Program-made: the position numbers and the translations under genes
Shown: positions 18,291 to 26,927 of the stretch, one piece after another
Numbering within the stretch: the stretch's first letter is position 1
Layout of the letters: every line of letters starts with the position of its first letter
The notes under the pieces: model-generated
Databases searched by the model: none
The model's input: the letters and a program-made list of their open reading frames with translations, nothing else
What the model was told of the DNA's origin: nothing
Source: Vulcanimicrobiota bacterium
GTDB taxonomy: Bacteria > Vulcanimicrobiota > Xenobia > Xenobiales > JADMJV01
Assembly: GCA_050250895.1 (NCBI GenBank)
Contig: JBFWNU010000001.1
Span: 1,128,008 to 1,192,007 of the forward strand
Length of the DNA: 64,000 bases
Direction: 5' to 3'

Positions 18291-19448
18291 ATGAAGGTCG
18301 CATGTGAAAAAAAGATTCTCGAGGAGGCAGTCCAGGTTGCCAGTCGAGCCATCAACTCGAGAAGCCCTCTGCCGATCTTGAGTCATATCCTGATGGAAGC
18401 CCACGGAGATCGAATGGTCTTCACCGCAACGGACCTTGATCTCGGTGTTCAGATTCGCTTACCTGCTCAGGTAGAGGTCGAAGGTGCTCTAACCTGCCCG
18501 GCCAAGCTCCTCCAGGAAATCGTAACCCGCTTGCAGGCGGGCCTGGTGCATCTCGAATTGATCCGCGAAGGCCAGTTGATGCTCAAATGCGGCTCATCTC
18601 AATTCGAACTCTCGACTTTACCCGCCGAAGAGTTTCCCACCCTGCCTTCGGCCGAAGACGCGCCGGAGTTCGAATTGCCTCAGGCCACGATTCGCGAGAT
18701 GATTCGTCAGGTGGCGGTGGCTTCGGCTTCACCCAACGAAGAAGCCCGAGCGGTCATGACCGGCATTTTGACCCAGGTCGAGGCTGAACGTTTGACGATG
18801 GTGGCCACGGACGGACGTCGACTGGCCTGCATGCGCGAACCGCTCGAAAACCAGGGCGGCCGAGATGCGAAAGTGATCATCCCAGCCCGAGCGCTGCAAG
18901 AATTGACCCGCATTCTTGGCGATGAGCAGACGGTCGTGCTGGCCCGCATCGCTCAGGGGCAGGTGTTTTTCACGGTCAACGACGTGTCGCTCCACTGTCG
19001 GTTACTCGAAGGTAACTTCCCCGATTACAAAAAGGTGGTGCCCACCGAGTTCCAGCGCAGTTGCCGCATCGGTCGCGAGACCTTCCTGTCGGCCCTCAAG
19101 CGAATGTTGATCATGGCGCAAGAGAAACGCTCTCCCAACCTGATCAAACTCGAGTTCGAGTCCGATCATCTGTGGCTGTCGGCCAATACTCCTGACCTGG
19201 GTTCCGGCCGTGAGCAGGTGGATATCGTCTATCAGGGGGATCCGCTCCTGATTGCTTTCAATGGTCGCTACCTGGTGGACGTGCTCAACGTGCTCGAGTG
19301 CGAAGAGGTTCAGTTCGACCTGCAGGAAGAGACCCGTAGCGCCGTGCTCAAGCCTTTTGGAAGCGAAGCTTATGACTATGTGGTGATGCCGGTGAAACTT
19401 CGCGAGCCGGTCACGGAAAGTGGTGAGAGAGTGGCCGTGGGAGCGTGA
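18291..19448 (+). CDS. dnaN: DNA polymerase III beta sliding clamp
   Basis: PILSHIL, ATDLD, EEFP, VATDGRRL, RLLEGNFPDY, AFNGRYL.D, VVMPV; GGAGG RBS before ATG 18291. Confidence 0.97.
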   Translation: MKVACEKKILEEAVQVASRAINSRSPLPILSHILMEAHGDRMVFTATDLDLGVQIRLPAQVEVEGALTCPAKLLQEIVTRLQAGLVHLELIREGQLMLKCGSSQFELSTLPAEEFPTLPSAEDAPEFELPQATIREMIRQVAVASASPNEEARAVMTGILTQVEAERLTMVATDGRRLACMREPLENQGGRDAKVIIPARALQELTRILGDEQTVVLARIAQGQVFFTVNDVSLHCRLLEGNFPDYKKVVPTEFQRSCRIGRETFLSALKRMLIMAQEKRSPNLIKLEFESDHLWLSANTPDLGSGREQVDIVYQGDPLLIAFNGRYLVDVLNVLECEEVQFDLQEETRSAVLKPFGSEAYDYVVMPVKLREPVTESGERVAVGA

Positions 19449-19459
19449 TCGAAGCCATG

Positions 19460-19488
19460 TTGCATTGTCAAAAGACCCATGCTATAGT
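19460..19488 (+). promoter_or_regulatory. sigma70-type promoter of the rimP-nusA-infB operon
   Basis: TTGCAT, 17 bp spacer, TATAGT with extended -10 TG. Confidence 0.65.
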
Positions 19489-19516
19489 AGGGGCGCTCAA
19501 ACTCCGGTATGGGTAG

Positions 19517-19545
19517 AAGAGTGGGTTTTCCCGCTCTTTTATTAT
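19517..19545 (+). promoter_or_regulatory. rimP-leader attenuator hairpin
   Basis: AAGAGTGGG-TTTT-CCCGCTCTT followed by TTATTAT, upstream of rimP. Resembles the conserved GGG..CCC rimP leader terminator. Confidence 0.75.
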
Positions 19546-19616
19546 GACTGCCTTGTGAGGCGAAAGGGGCTACTCTTTCGCCTCCTGGTTATAAGGACCC
19601 GGGAGGAAAGATTTCA

Positions 19617-19883
19617 ATGTCCGGAGTCAGCGCGAGAACTTTGGAGAGGATCGAACAGGCGGCACAGGACCTGGCCAACGAGCTGGGCCTTCAAGTAGTG
19701 AGAGTCGAGTATCTGCGGGGGGACATCGGTTGGACGCTTAGCGTCGCCGTGACGGTCGCGGACGGGACAGTGGGCGTAGAGGACTGCGCCCGCCTGGCCC
19801 GACCCCTCTCAAAAAGACTTGACGAACTGGATTTGATTCAAGATCACTACTACCTGGAGGTTTGCTCTCCAGGAGCGGAATGA
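19617..19883 (+). CDS. rimP: Ribosome maturation factor RimP (N-terminal domain only)
   Basis: GLQVVRVEY, VEDCARLAR.LS..LD..D.I...YYLEVCSPG; stops right after SPG; directly upstream of nusA. Confidence 0.85.
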   Translation: MSGVSARTLERIEQAAQDLANELGLQVVRVEYLRGDIGWTLSVAVTVADGTVGVEDCARLARPLSKRLDELDLIQDHYYLEVCSPGAE

Positions 19884-19921
19884 AACCGTCCGGTGTTGCT
19901 GGGCTTGAGGAGGAATAGCAG

Positions 19922-21076
19922 ATGAATTCAGATTTTCTGAGCGCTCTACGACAGATCGAAAAAGAGCGAAACATCCCCCTGGATATTCTGCTCAAGGCGA
20001 TTGAGGACGCGCTGGTGGCCGCTTACAAACGCAATTTTGGCGCCAATCAGAACGTGATCATCGAGATTGACCGCCACACCGGAGAGCTGGGCATCTGGCA
20101 GCGTAAGCTGGTCGTGCCCGAGGTCGAAGACGACGATTTGGAAATGTCGTTGGCTGAGGCTCAGGGTTTGTCGCCGGAGGTCGAAGTGGGCATGGAACTC
20201 GACCTCGAGGTGCCTAACCGCACCTTCGGGCGCATCGCGGCTCAAACGGCTAAGCAGGTCATCGTGCAGCGCATTCGCGAGGCCGAGCGCGACATTATTT
20301 ACGGAGAGTTCATCAAGCGGGAGGGCGAGCTCATCAGTGGCACCGTGCAACGCTACGAACACCGCAATGTGCTGGTCGACCTGGGTCGGGCCGAGGGTGT
20401 CGTGCCGGTCTCTGAGCAGGCTCAGAACGAGTGGTTTCGCCACGGCGACCGCATCAAGTGCTATGTGATGGAAGTCAAGACCGCCACTCGCGGTCCCCAG
20501 GTGGTTCTCTCTCGCGCTCAACCTGGATTTTTGAAGAAGCTTTTTGAGCTGGAGGTGCCCGAGATTCGTCAGGGCATCATCCAGGTCAAAGCCGTGGTTC
20601 GTGAAGCGGGTTTTCGCTCCAAGATCGCGGTGAAGTCGCTGGACAATTCGGTCGACCCGGTCGGTGCCTGCGTAGGCCCGAAGGGCAGCCGCGTGCAGGC
20701 TGTGGTCGACGAGTTGCGAGGCGAGAAAATCGATGTCATTCCCTGGTCGGACGACCCGATCAATTTCGTGGCCAATAGCCTCCAGCCGGCTCGCGTCTCG
20801 CGGGTGACCCTGTATGAAGACGACGCTTCGGCGGTAGTGGTGGTTCCCGACAATCAACTGTCGCTTGCCATCGGTCGCGAAGGGCAGAACGCTCGCCTGG
20901 CCGCCAAGTTGACGGGCTGGAAGATCGACATCAAGAGTGAAGCGCAAATGCGCGACATTATGGAAAGAGAAGCTCGTCGGGCTGAGGAAAATCAAGCCCC
21001 AGAACCGGCGGCTGAAGAAGAAGTTCCGGTAGCGAATGTCGCCGCTGGTGGCGAGGAGCTCAAAAAAGAGGATTGA
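19922..21076 (+). CDS. nusA: Transcription termination factor NusA
   Basis: FGRIAAQTAKQVIVQRIREAER, S1 domain, REAGFRSKIAV, DPVGACVG, LSLAIGREGQNARLAAKLTGWKIDI. Confidence 0.98.
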   Translation: MNSDFLSALRQIEKERNIPLDILLKAIEDALVAAYKRNFGANQNVIIEIDRHTGELGIWQRKLVVPEVEDDDLEMSLAEAQGLSPEVEVGMELDLEVPNRTFGRIAAQTAKQVIVQRIREAERDIIYGEFIKREGELISGTVQRYEHRNVLVDLGRAEGVVPVSEQAQNEWFRHGDRIKCYVMEVKTATRGPQVVLSRAQPGFLKKLFELEVPEIRQGIIQVKAVVREAGFRSKIAVKSLDNSVDPVGACVGPKGSRVQAVVDELRGEKIDVIPWSDDPINFVANSLQPARVSRVTLYEDDASAVVVVPDNQLSLAIGREGQNARLAAKLTGWKIDIKSEAQMRDIMEREARRAEENQAPEPAAEEEVPVANVAAGGEELKKED

Positions 21077-21178
21077 CTCTGATAACGAGGAAATCGTGGC
21101 CATATTTGGGCACACTATTTCACCCAGCCCTGCCCTCTGGCCCTATTACCCGGTTGGCTTGAAGGAGGGCTTTGTGCG

Positions 21179-21448
21179 TTGAGGGAACGACACGTTCCCC
21201 TCAGGATGTGTGTGGTCTGTCGTGACCTTAAACCTCGTGAGGAGCTTTTTCGGTGCGTTAGGCAGAAAGGGACGCAGCAGATAGAACCTGACCCGGACAA
21301 GATGCTTGCCGGCAAAGGAGTTTACTTCTGCCGTCGGTCTGAATGTCTGGCTCGGCTCAAAAAGGAGCGGCGGCTTCGGCGCCTGTTCCTCGAGAGGTTG
21401 AGGGCCGGAACCATGGACTGGATGGAAGCAGAACTAAGCGGCGAATAA
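21179..21448 (+). CDS. ylxR: YlxR/RnpM family RNA-binding protein
   Basis: HVPLRMCVVCR, GKGVYFC...C; lies between nusA and infB. Confidence 0.88.
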   Translation: MRERHVPLRMCVVCRDLKPREELFRCVRQKGTQQIEPDPDKMLAGKGVYFCRRSECLARLKKERRLRRLFLERLRAGTMDWMEAELSGE

Positions 21449-21462
21449 GGATGTGGTAATTT

Positions 21463-24102
21463 ATGGGCAAAGTTAGAGTATATGAGTTAGCCCGAGAGCT
21501 TGGAATGGAAGACAGCAAGCACCTGATGCGGATTATCCGAGATATGGGCATCAAGGTGAAGACTGCATCCAGTGGCCTCTCAGCTGATGCCGTTCGCAAG
21601 ATTCGTGAGGTGGTAGCCCCGCATATCGAGCAAGCTCGCCGCGACGCGGAAGAGAAGCAGAAGCAAGCCGAGCAAGCCAAGGCCAAGCAGGCAGCCGAGC
21701 AGGTCAAACCAAGTCGCGTGGTGCGTATTGTCAAACGCGCTTCGGATGCTCAGAAAGAGGCTATCCTCGAGCGGCATCGACGCAAGATGGCTGGCGAGAC
21801 CCCGACCGCCAGCGTTCAAGAGGTCATGCAGACGGCTTCCGAGCCGATTCCCGAGCCGGTGGTGGAGGAAGCTCCCCCGGTGGTCGAGGAGACGGTCGAA
21901 ATGCCGGCTCTAGAGAGCGAGGTTCCGGCCGAAGAAACGGCGCCCGTCACCGTAGAGATGCCGGCCGTCGAAGAACAGATTCCGGCCTCGGTGGCTGCCA
22001 AGGCAACCGAGGCTTCCAAAGCCGAAGCCGAACGTGCTCGGGCCCTTCCCCCTGATCAGGCCATCGCCATTCAGTATCGCGAGCAGAGCCCTCGACCGGC
22101 CCCTCCGGTCACAGCGCCTGCTCCGCCGCCGACCAAGAAATCGGCCCCAGCCGCCAAGACGGGCGAACGCGATCGTCGCACCGGCACCACCGCTGCCGGC
22201 GCGCCGGGCACGGCCAAGCGAGGGGGCGGTCGCACGCGAGAGATTACTCAGCAGAGCCGTGGTCCCCGTCGGCACAATTTCCGCCAGATGCGAGGCAGCG
22301 CGAAGAAGCGTCGCAGACATCGTCGTCGCAACGAGGACAGGATAGATCGTCGTAAGTCCATCGAGATCCCTGAAATGATCTCGGTGGGTGACCTGGCCTC
22401 GCGGATGGAAGTTCCTGCTAGCGATGTCATCAAGTACTTGCTCAAGCAAGGCCAGATGGTGACCATCAATCAGGGTCTCGATTACGATACGGCCTCGAGC
22501 ATCATCGAGAGCTATGGTTTTGATGTGGCCGAGGCCGAGGACGAACTGCCGGATCTCGAGTTGCTCGAAGAAGAGGTGGACGAGAACCTTCAGGGTCGAC
22601 CGCCGGTGATTACCGTTCTGGGTCACGTTGACCACGGTAAGACTTCGTTGCTCGACGCCATCCGCGAGACCAACGTGACGGCCGGTGAGGCGGGTGGTAT
22701 CACCCAGCGCATCGGCGCTTACCAGGTCGAGTATGGTGACAAGATCATCACCTTCATCGATACCCCTGGTCACGAGGCTTTCACCGAAATGCGCGCTCGC
22801 GGCGCTCAGGTTACCGACATCGCGGTGTTGGTGGTGGCCGCCGACGACGGCGTGATGCCGCAGACGATCGAGGCCATCAACCACGTCAAGGCAGCCGGTG
22901 TGCCCATCGTGGTGGCCATGAACAAGATCGACAAGCCCCAGACCAATCCTGACCGTGTGATGCAGCAACTGGCGGAGCACAACCTGGTGGTCGAGGCCTG
23001 GGGCGGCGACGTGCCCTGCGTACCGGTTTCGGCCTTGCAGAAGATCGGCATTGACGAGTTGCTCGAGATCTTGACTTTGTTGGCCGACATTCAAGAGTTG
23101 ACCGCTAATCCTGACCGCGATGCCGAAGGCATCATCATCGAGGCGGGCCTTAGTAAGGGTCTGGGCCCGGTGGCTACGGTGTTGGTGAAAAACGGCACTC
23201 TGTGTGTGGGCGACACGATTGTGGTCGGCGACACCTGGGGTCGGGTGCGCGGGCTGCTCGATGAGAATGGCGAGCGGATCGAAGAGGCCGGCCCGTCTAC
23301 CCCGGCCGAGATCGTCGGGTTGTCCGACGTCCCGGATGCCGGTGACCGACTGGTGGTGGTCGACGACGAGAAGATGGCCCGTCAGGTGTCTGAGGCCCGC
23401 ACAGAGAAGTCTCGGCGGACGCGCATCAAAGGCAGTGGCCGAACCACCCTCGAGGATCTCTTCGCCGGCATCAGCCAGGGCGAGCAGAAAGAACTTCGTC
23501 TGCTGATCAAGGCCGATGGCCACGGGAGTGTCGAGGCGCTCGGTCAGTCGCTCGAGAAGCTCACCACCGACGAGGTTCGTGTATCGATCGTGCACTCGGC
23601 CGTGGGAGCTATCTCGGAATCCGACGTGATGCTGGCTAGTGCATCCGATGCGATCATCATTGGCTTCAACGTGCGTCCGGCCACAGCCGTCAAACGTCTA
23701 GCCGATCAAGAGCAGGTCGAGATGCGGCTCTATACCGTCATCTATCACGCTCTCGAAGAGGTCAAGAAGGCGATGGCCGGTTTGCTGGCCCCCGAGATTC
23801 AAGAGGTCGAACTGGGCAAAGTCGAGATTCGTCAGGTCTTCAAGATCTCGAAGACCGGCCGCGTAGCCGGCTGTATGGTGATCGAGGGCAAAGTGACCCG
23901 CGACGCCAACGTCAGGCTTGTGCGCGACGGCATCTTGATCTACGACGGCAAACTCGATTCGCTCCGTCGCTTCAAGGACGATGTCCGCGAGGTGACCGAA
24001 GGCTACGAATGCGGTCTGACGATCGAGAACTATGCGGACATTCAGGAAGGCGATATCCTCGAGGCCTACAAGAAGGAATCCATCGCTAGAGAGTCCATCT
24101 GA
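21463..24102 (+). CDS. infB: Translation initiation factor IF-2
   Basis: [59 protein letters not shown]. Confidence 0.99.
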   Translation: MGKVRVYELARELGMEDSKHLMRIIRDMGIKVKTASSGLSADAVRKIREVVAPHIEQARRDAEEKQKQAEQAKAKQAAEQVKPSRVVRIVKRASDAQKEAILERHRRKMAGETPTASVQEVMQTASEPIPEPVVEEAPPVVEETVEMPALESEVPAEETAPVTVEMPAVEEQIPASVAAKATEASKAEAERARALPPDQAIAIQYREQSPRPAPPVTAPAPPPTKKSAPAAKTGERDRRTGTTAAGAPGTAKRGGGRTREITQQSRGPRRHNFRQMRGSAKKRRRHRRRNEDRIDRRKSIEIPEMISVGDLASRMEVPASDVIKYLLKQGQMVTINQGLDYDTASSIIESYGFDVAEAEDELPDLELLEEEVDENLQGRPPVITVLGHVDHGKTSLLDAIRETNVTAGEAGGITQRIGAYQVEYGDKIITFIDTPGHEAFTEMRARGAQVTDIAVLVVAADDGVMPQTIEAINHVKAAGVPIVVAMNKIDKPQTNPDRVMQQLAEHNLVVEAWGGDVPCVPVSALQKIGIDELLEILTLLADIQELTANPDRDAEGIIIEAGLSKGLGPVATVLVKNGTLCVGDTIVVGDTWGRVRGLLDENGERIEEAGPSTPAEIVGLSDVPDAGDRLVVVDDEKMARQVSEARTEKSRRTRIKGSGRTTLEDLFAGISQGEQKELRLLIKADGHGSVEALGQSLEKLTTDEVRVSIVHSAVGAISESDVMLASASDAIIIGFNVRPATAVKRLADQEQVEMRLYTVIYHALEEVKKAMAGLLAPEIQEVELGKVEIRQVFKISKTGRVAGCMVIEGKVTRDANVRLVRDGILIYDGKLDSLRRFKDDVREVTEGYECGLTIENYADIQEGDILEAYKKESIARESI

Positions 24103-24491
24103 TGGCCCGCAATCGAAGGATGGAGCGCGTCGAGGACCTGCTTCGCGAAGTGATCGCGGATAAACTACGCGATGTTCGCGAGCCAGCTCTGCATGCCGAC
24201 GATGTGCTGGTGACGGTCACCCGGGTGGTCGTCACCAGCGATCTGAGCTATGCCCGCGTCGGGATCAGCGTCATGGGCAGCAGCCAGCGCCAGGCTGAGG
24301 TGATGGACGGCCTCGAGCGTGCGGCCGGTTTCATTCGCCGCGAGGTCAATCGTGAGGTCAGACTACGCAAAGTGCCCGAGCTTCGCTTTGAATTAGACGA
24401 ATCGCTCGAGCACGGTAGTCAGATGCTGCAGATGCTAAAAGAAGTCTCGGCCAAGCTGCCTGAGGAAGAAGAATCGGAATCTATCGGATGA
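24102..24491 (+). CDS. rbfA: Ribosome-binding factor A
   Basis: RRMERV, VTVTRVVVTSDLSYA, AGFIR, LRKVPELRFELDESLE; TGATG overlap with infB. Confidence 0.95.
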   Translation: MARNRRMERVEDLLREVIADKLRDVREPALHADDVLVTVTRVVVTSDLSYARVGISVMGSSQRQAEVMDGLERAAGFIRREVNREVRLRKVPELRFELDESLEHGSQMLQMLKEVSAKLPEEEESESIG

Positions 24492-24879
24492 GGCCGTAGA
24501 CGGCACCGACGGCACCGCCCACGACGGCCCCTACGGCCATGCCGCCAAACCCCCCGATGGTGGAGCCGCCGTGGAGGAATTTCTCTTCCGCCAGGCCGAC
24601 GGCCAGGCCGACTACGGCTCCCCCGATTTGGCCCGGCAGACCCAGCGAAGAACCCACGCGCATACCCATATAGCCAGCGCCTGCCACCGCGCCGATCTTA
24701 CCGGCCAGGGCACCCACGACAGTGCCGAAGCCAGCGCCGATGGTCGCTCCCGCGACGGCTCCTTCTTTGACAGTGAGGTTGGCGGGAGTAAAGCGGTCGG
24801 CGGCCGGGCCCTGGGGGCTCGGCGCCTGGTTGCCAGCCCGGTAGGTCTGGGTGGGAAGATATGCGCTGCGAATCTGCAT
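24481..24879 (-). CDS. Hypothetical glycine-zipper protein
   Basis: Polar N-terminus, then repeated GxxxG/GxxxA hydrophobic segments; GGAGG RBS. Confidence 0.6.
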   Translation of the reverse strand: MQIRSAYLPTQTYRAGNQAPSPQGPAADRFTPANLTVKEGAVAGATIGAGFGTVVGALAGKIGAVAGAGYMGMRVGSSLGLPGQIGGAVVGLAVGLAEEKFLHGGSTIGGFGGMAVGAVVGGAVGAVYGLIR

Positions 24880-25022
24880 AGGTTGATGGTCCTCCGTTGA
24901 TTCGGCCTCAGAATCCCATGGTGATGGGTGGGGGTGATTGAGAGGATGTTAACAGTCCGACTCTGCGGGGCTGGTTTTGGCGTTTGGAACTTAGGGTAAT
25001 CCCTAGAGACGGAGCTTAGAGT

Positions 25023-26096
25023 ATGAGTAAAGTTGCTTATGACAAGAGTCTGGTCCCCGGTGCCAGGAATGCGATCGAGGTCTGTCTGGGAGTCACCCCG
25101 GAGCAGCCGGTCTACATCTTGACTGATCGCCAGACCGCCACGGTGGGGAGCGCGCTTTTTGACGCTGTCGAGAAGATCAAAGCACCGGTGCGGCTAGAGG
25201 TGCTCGAGGAGCATGTCGACCGACCGGCCACCCGTTTGCCCGATTCGATCATGAAGCCGCTCGACGACTGCCGAGTCTGCCTTTATTGTGTGCAGCCCCT
25301 GCCCGGCGAACTGCCGTCGCGCCAACAGTTCGTCTATCGTATCGAAGAACTGGGCATTCGCTACGCTCATATGGTGGGCATCACTGAGGCCATCATGTGT
25401 CAGGGCATGCGGGCCGATTTTCGGAAGGTCGACGAGGTCAGTCGCCGTCTGCTCGAGAAAGCCAAAAAGGCCAAGCATATCGAGGTTCGCAGCCGCTGTG
25501 GCACCGATGTAGTGGCAACCTTCAGTCCTGATCGGATTTGGCGCAAGACCAGCGGAATCATCGAGGAGGTCTGGTCTAACCTGCCTGGTGGAGAGATCTT
25601 TACTGCTCCCATGTCAGTGGACGGCGTGTTCGTGGTGGATGGAAGCGTCGGCGACCATTTCAGCGCCAAGTACGGGGTGCTCGACAAGACTCCGATGACG
25701 CTCGAGCTCGAAGGGGGCTATCTCAAGAAAGTGAGTTGCGCCAACAAGGCGCTAGAGCGCGAGTTCTGGGACTATTGTCACACGGCCCTGGGTTCGGACC
25801 GAGTGGGCGAGTTCGCCATCGGAACCAATCTGGCCGTGTTCGAATTTACCGGTAATCTACTTCAAGATGAGAAGATGCCGGGCGTGCACATCGCTTTCGG
25901 TGACCCCTACGGCAGCCAGACGGGCGCGGACTGGTCGTGTCCGACCCACGTCGATGTGATTACCGGTACCTGTGATGTCTGGATCGACGGCTTCCAGGTG
26001 ATGGAACACGGAATCTTCCTGGCCGACCAACTGGACTTCGACTATTCTTACCTGGCCGAAGACCCGTCGGTGGCGGTCTCTACCAACGGTCGTTAG
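25023..26096 (+). CDS. Aminopeptidase, M29/thermophilic metalloprotease-like family
   Basis: NLPGGEIFTAP, GVFVVDG, GEFAIGTN, LQDEKMPGVHIAFG, THVD. Confidence 0.85.
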   Translation: MSKVAYDKSLVPGARNAIEVCLGVTPEQPVYILTDRQTATVGSALFDAVEKIKAPVRLEVLEEHVDRPATRLPDSIMKPLDDCRVCLYCVQPLPGELPSRQQFVYRIEELGIRYAHMVGITEAIMCQGMRADFRKVDEVSRRLLEKAKKAKHIEVRSRCGTDVVATFSPDRIWRKTSGIIEEVWSNLPGGEIFTAPMSVDGVFVVDGSVGDHFSAKYGVLDKTPMTLELEGGYLKKVSCANKALEREFWDYCHTALGSDRVGEFAIGTNLAVFEFTGNLLQDEKMPGVHIAFGDPYGSQTGADWSCPTHVDVITGTCDVWIDGFQVMEHGIFLADQLDFDYSYLAEDPSVAVSTNGR

Positions 26097-26615
26097 TTAG
26101 CCGATCGTTCCGTTCTTACTGGCAGACGAGCCTTCCGAGGCTCGTCTTCTCCAGGCACGATAAATCGTGGTGATGCCGACTCGGAGACCGAATTTGTCCA
26201 GGATCTCTTTTTGCACTTCCTGGACCGAGGCCAGGCCCTGGCGCGAGCAGCAATAGTCGGCAACCGGCCCGACAAAGCGGCGACCGGGTCCAAGCGAGCC
26301 GGGTTCACGCATGCGTTTGGGCTTGGGCTTGTTGGCCCCTTTGGCGCGACGCCGCCTTTCCAGGTGGGCGTCATAGCACGAGCGGCTGCAGTAGCGGCGC
26401 CCTACAGCTTTCGGCATGAATTCTTGCTGGCAGCCTACACAGATCTGCAGCTCGAGTGGTCGTGACTCTTCGGGTGACACGCGCTGGATGGACCAGGAAT
26501 CCGCGACACCCGGATCGTTCAGTAGTAGATCAACGATTTTTTGGGCTAACTCTGGTGGGGTCTTGCTCATCTCAAAACCTATATTCGCTAGAAAATATTT
26601 CAATTCCTTTCGCAA
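26097..26615 (-). CDS. Hypothetical Zn-finger + HTH protein
   Basis: CVGC-x13-CSRSC motif, basic linker, C-terminal VQEVQKEILDKFGLRVGITTIYRAW helix-turn-helix-like segment. AAAGGA precedes the TTG start; alternative ATG at 26570. Confidence 0.6.
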   Translation of the reverse strand: MRKELKYFLANIGFEMSKTPPELAQKIVDLLLNDPGVADSWSIQRVSPEESRPLELQICVGCQQEFMPKAVGRRYCSRSCYDAHLERRRRAKGANKPKPKRMREPGSLGPGRRFVGPVADYCCSRQGLASVQEVQKEILDKFGLRVGITTIYRAWRRRASEGSSASKNGTIG

Positions 26616-26664
26616 TTTTTGTTTCCTTTAAAACTTTCTTTGGTTAGCAGAAACCGCGCCATTC

Positions 26665-26749
26665 TTACCCACTTCGTCCCACTAATCACCACAATTAATG
26701 TTTGAATCTCCACATTTAGCTGTGGATAAAGCCGTGGATATGTGGATAA
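26665..26749. promoter_or_regulatory. Extra-origin DnaA-box cluster
   Basis: Two perfect TGTGGATAA (26721, 26741), CGTGGATAT (26733), and opposite-orientation weak boxes with CCAC cores at 26669, 26679, 26689 and 26710. Confidence 0.75.
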
Positions 26750-26927
26750 CTGAGTGAGACCGGGCCAGGGAGGGTCGGTTAGGGAATCGGCCATGACGCT
26801 GAAAACTTGAGGGCTTAGCCATCTCCGGCGGCGGTCAAAGTTGGTGTGGTTAACGGACTAGGCAGGCGAGCCGGGCTCCCAAACTGCCGTCTACCGTCTG
26901 ACGACTACCGGCTGGAAAACCCGTCTG

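Noticed and set aside
24890-24930. sigma28-like promoter (GCCGAATC) upstream of the glycine-zipper gene
   Set aside because: No convincing -35 element at the right spacing.
26097-26615. IS630/Tc1-like transposase remnant, suggested by the HTH
   Set aside because: No DDE domain, terminal inverted repeats or target duplication seen; kept as an orphan DNA-binding candidate.
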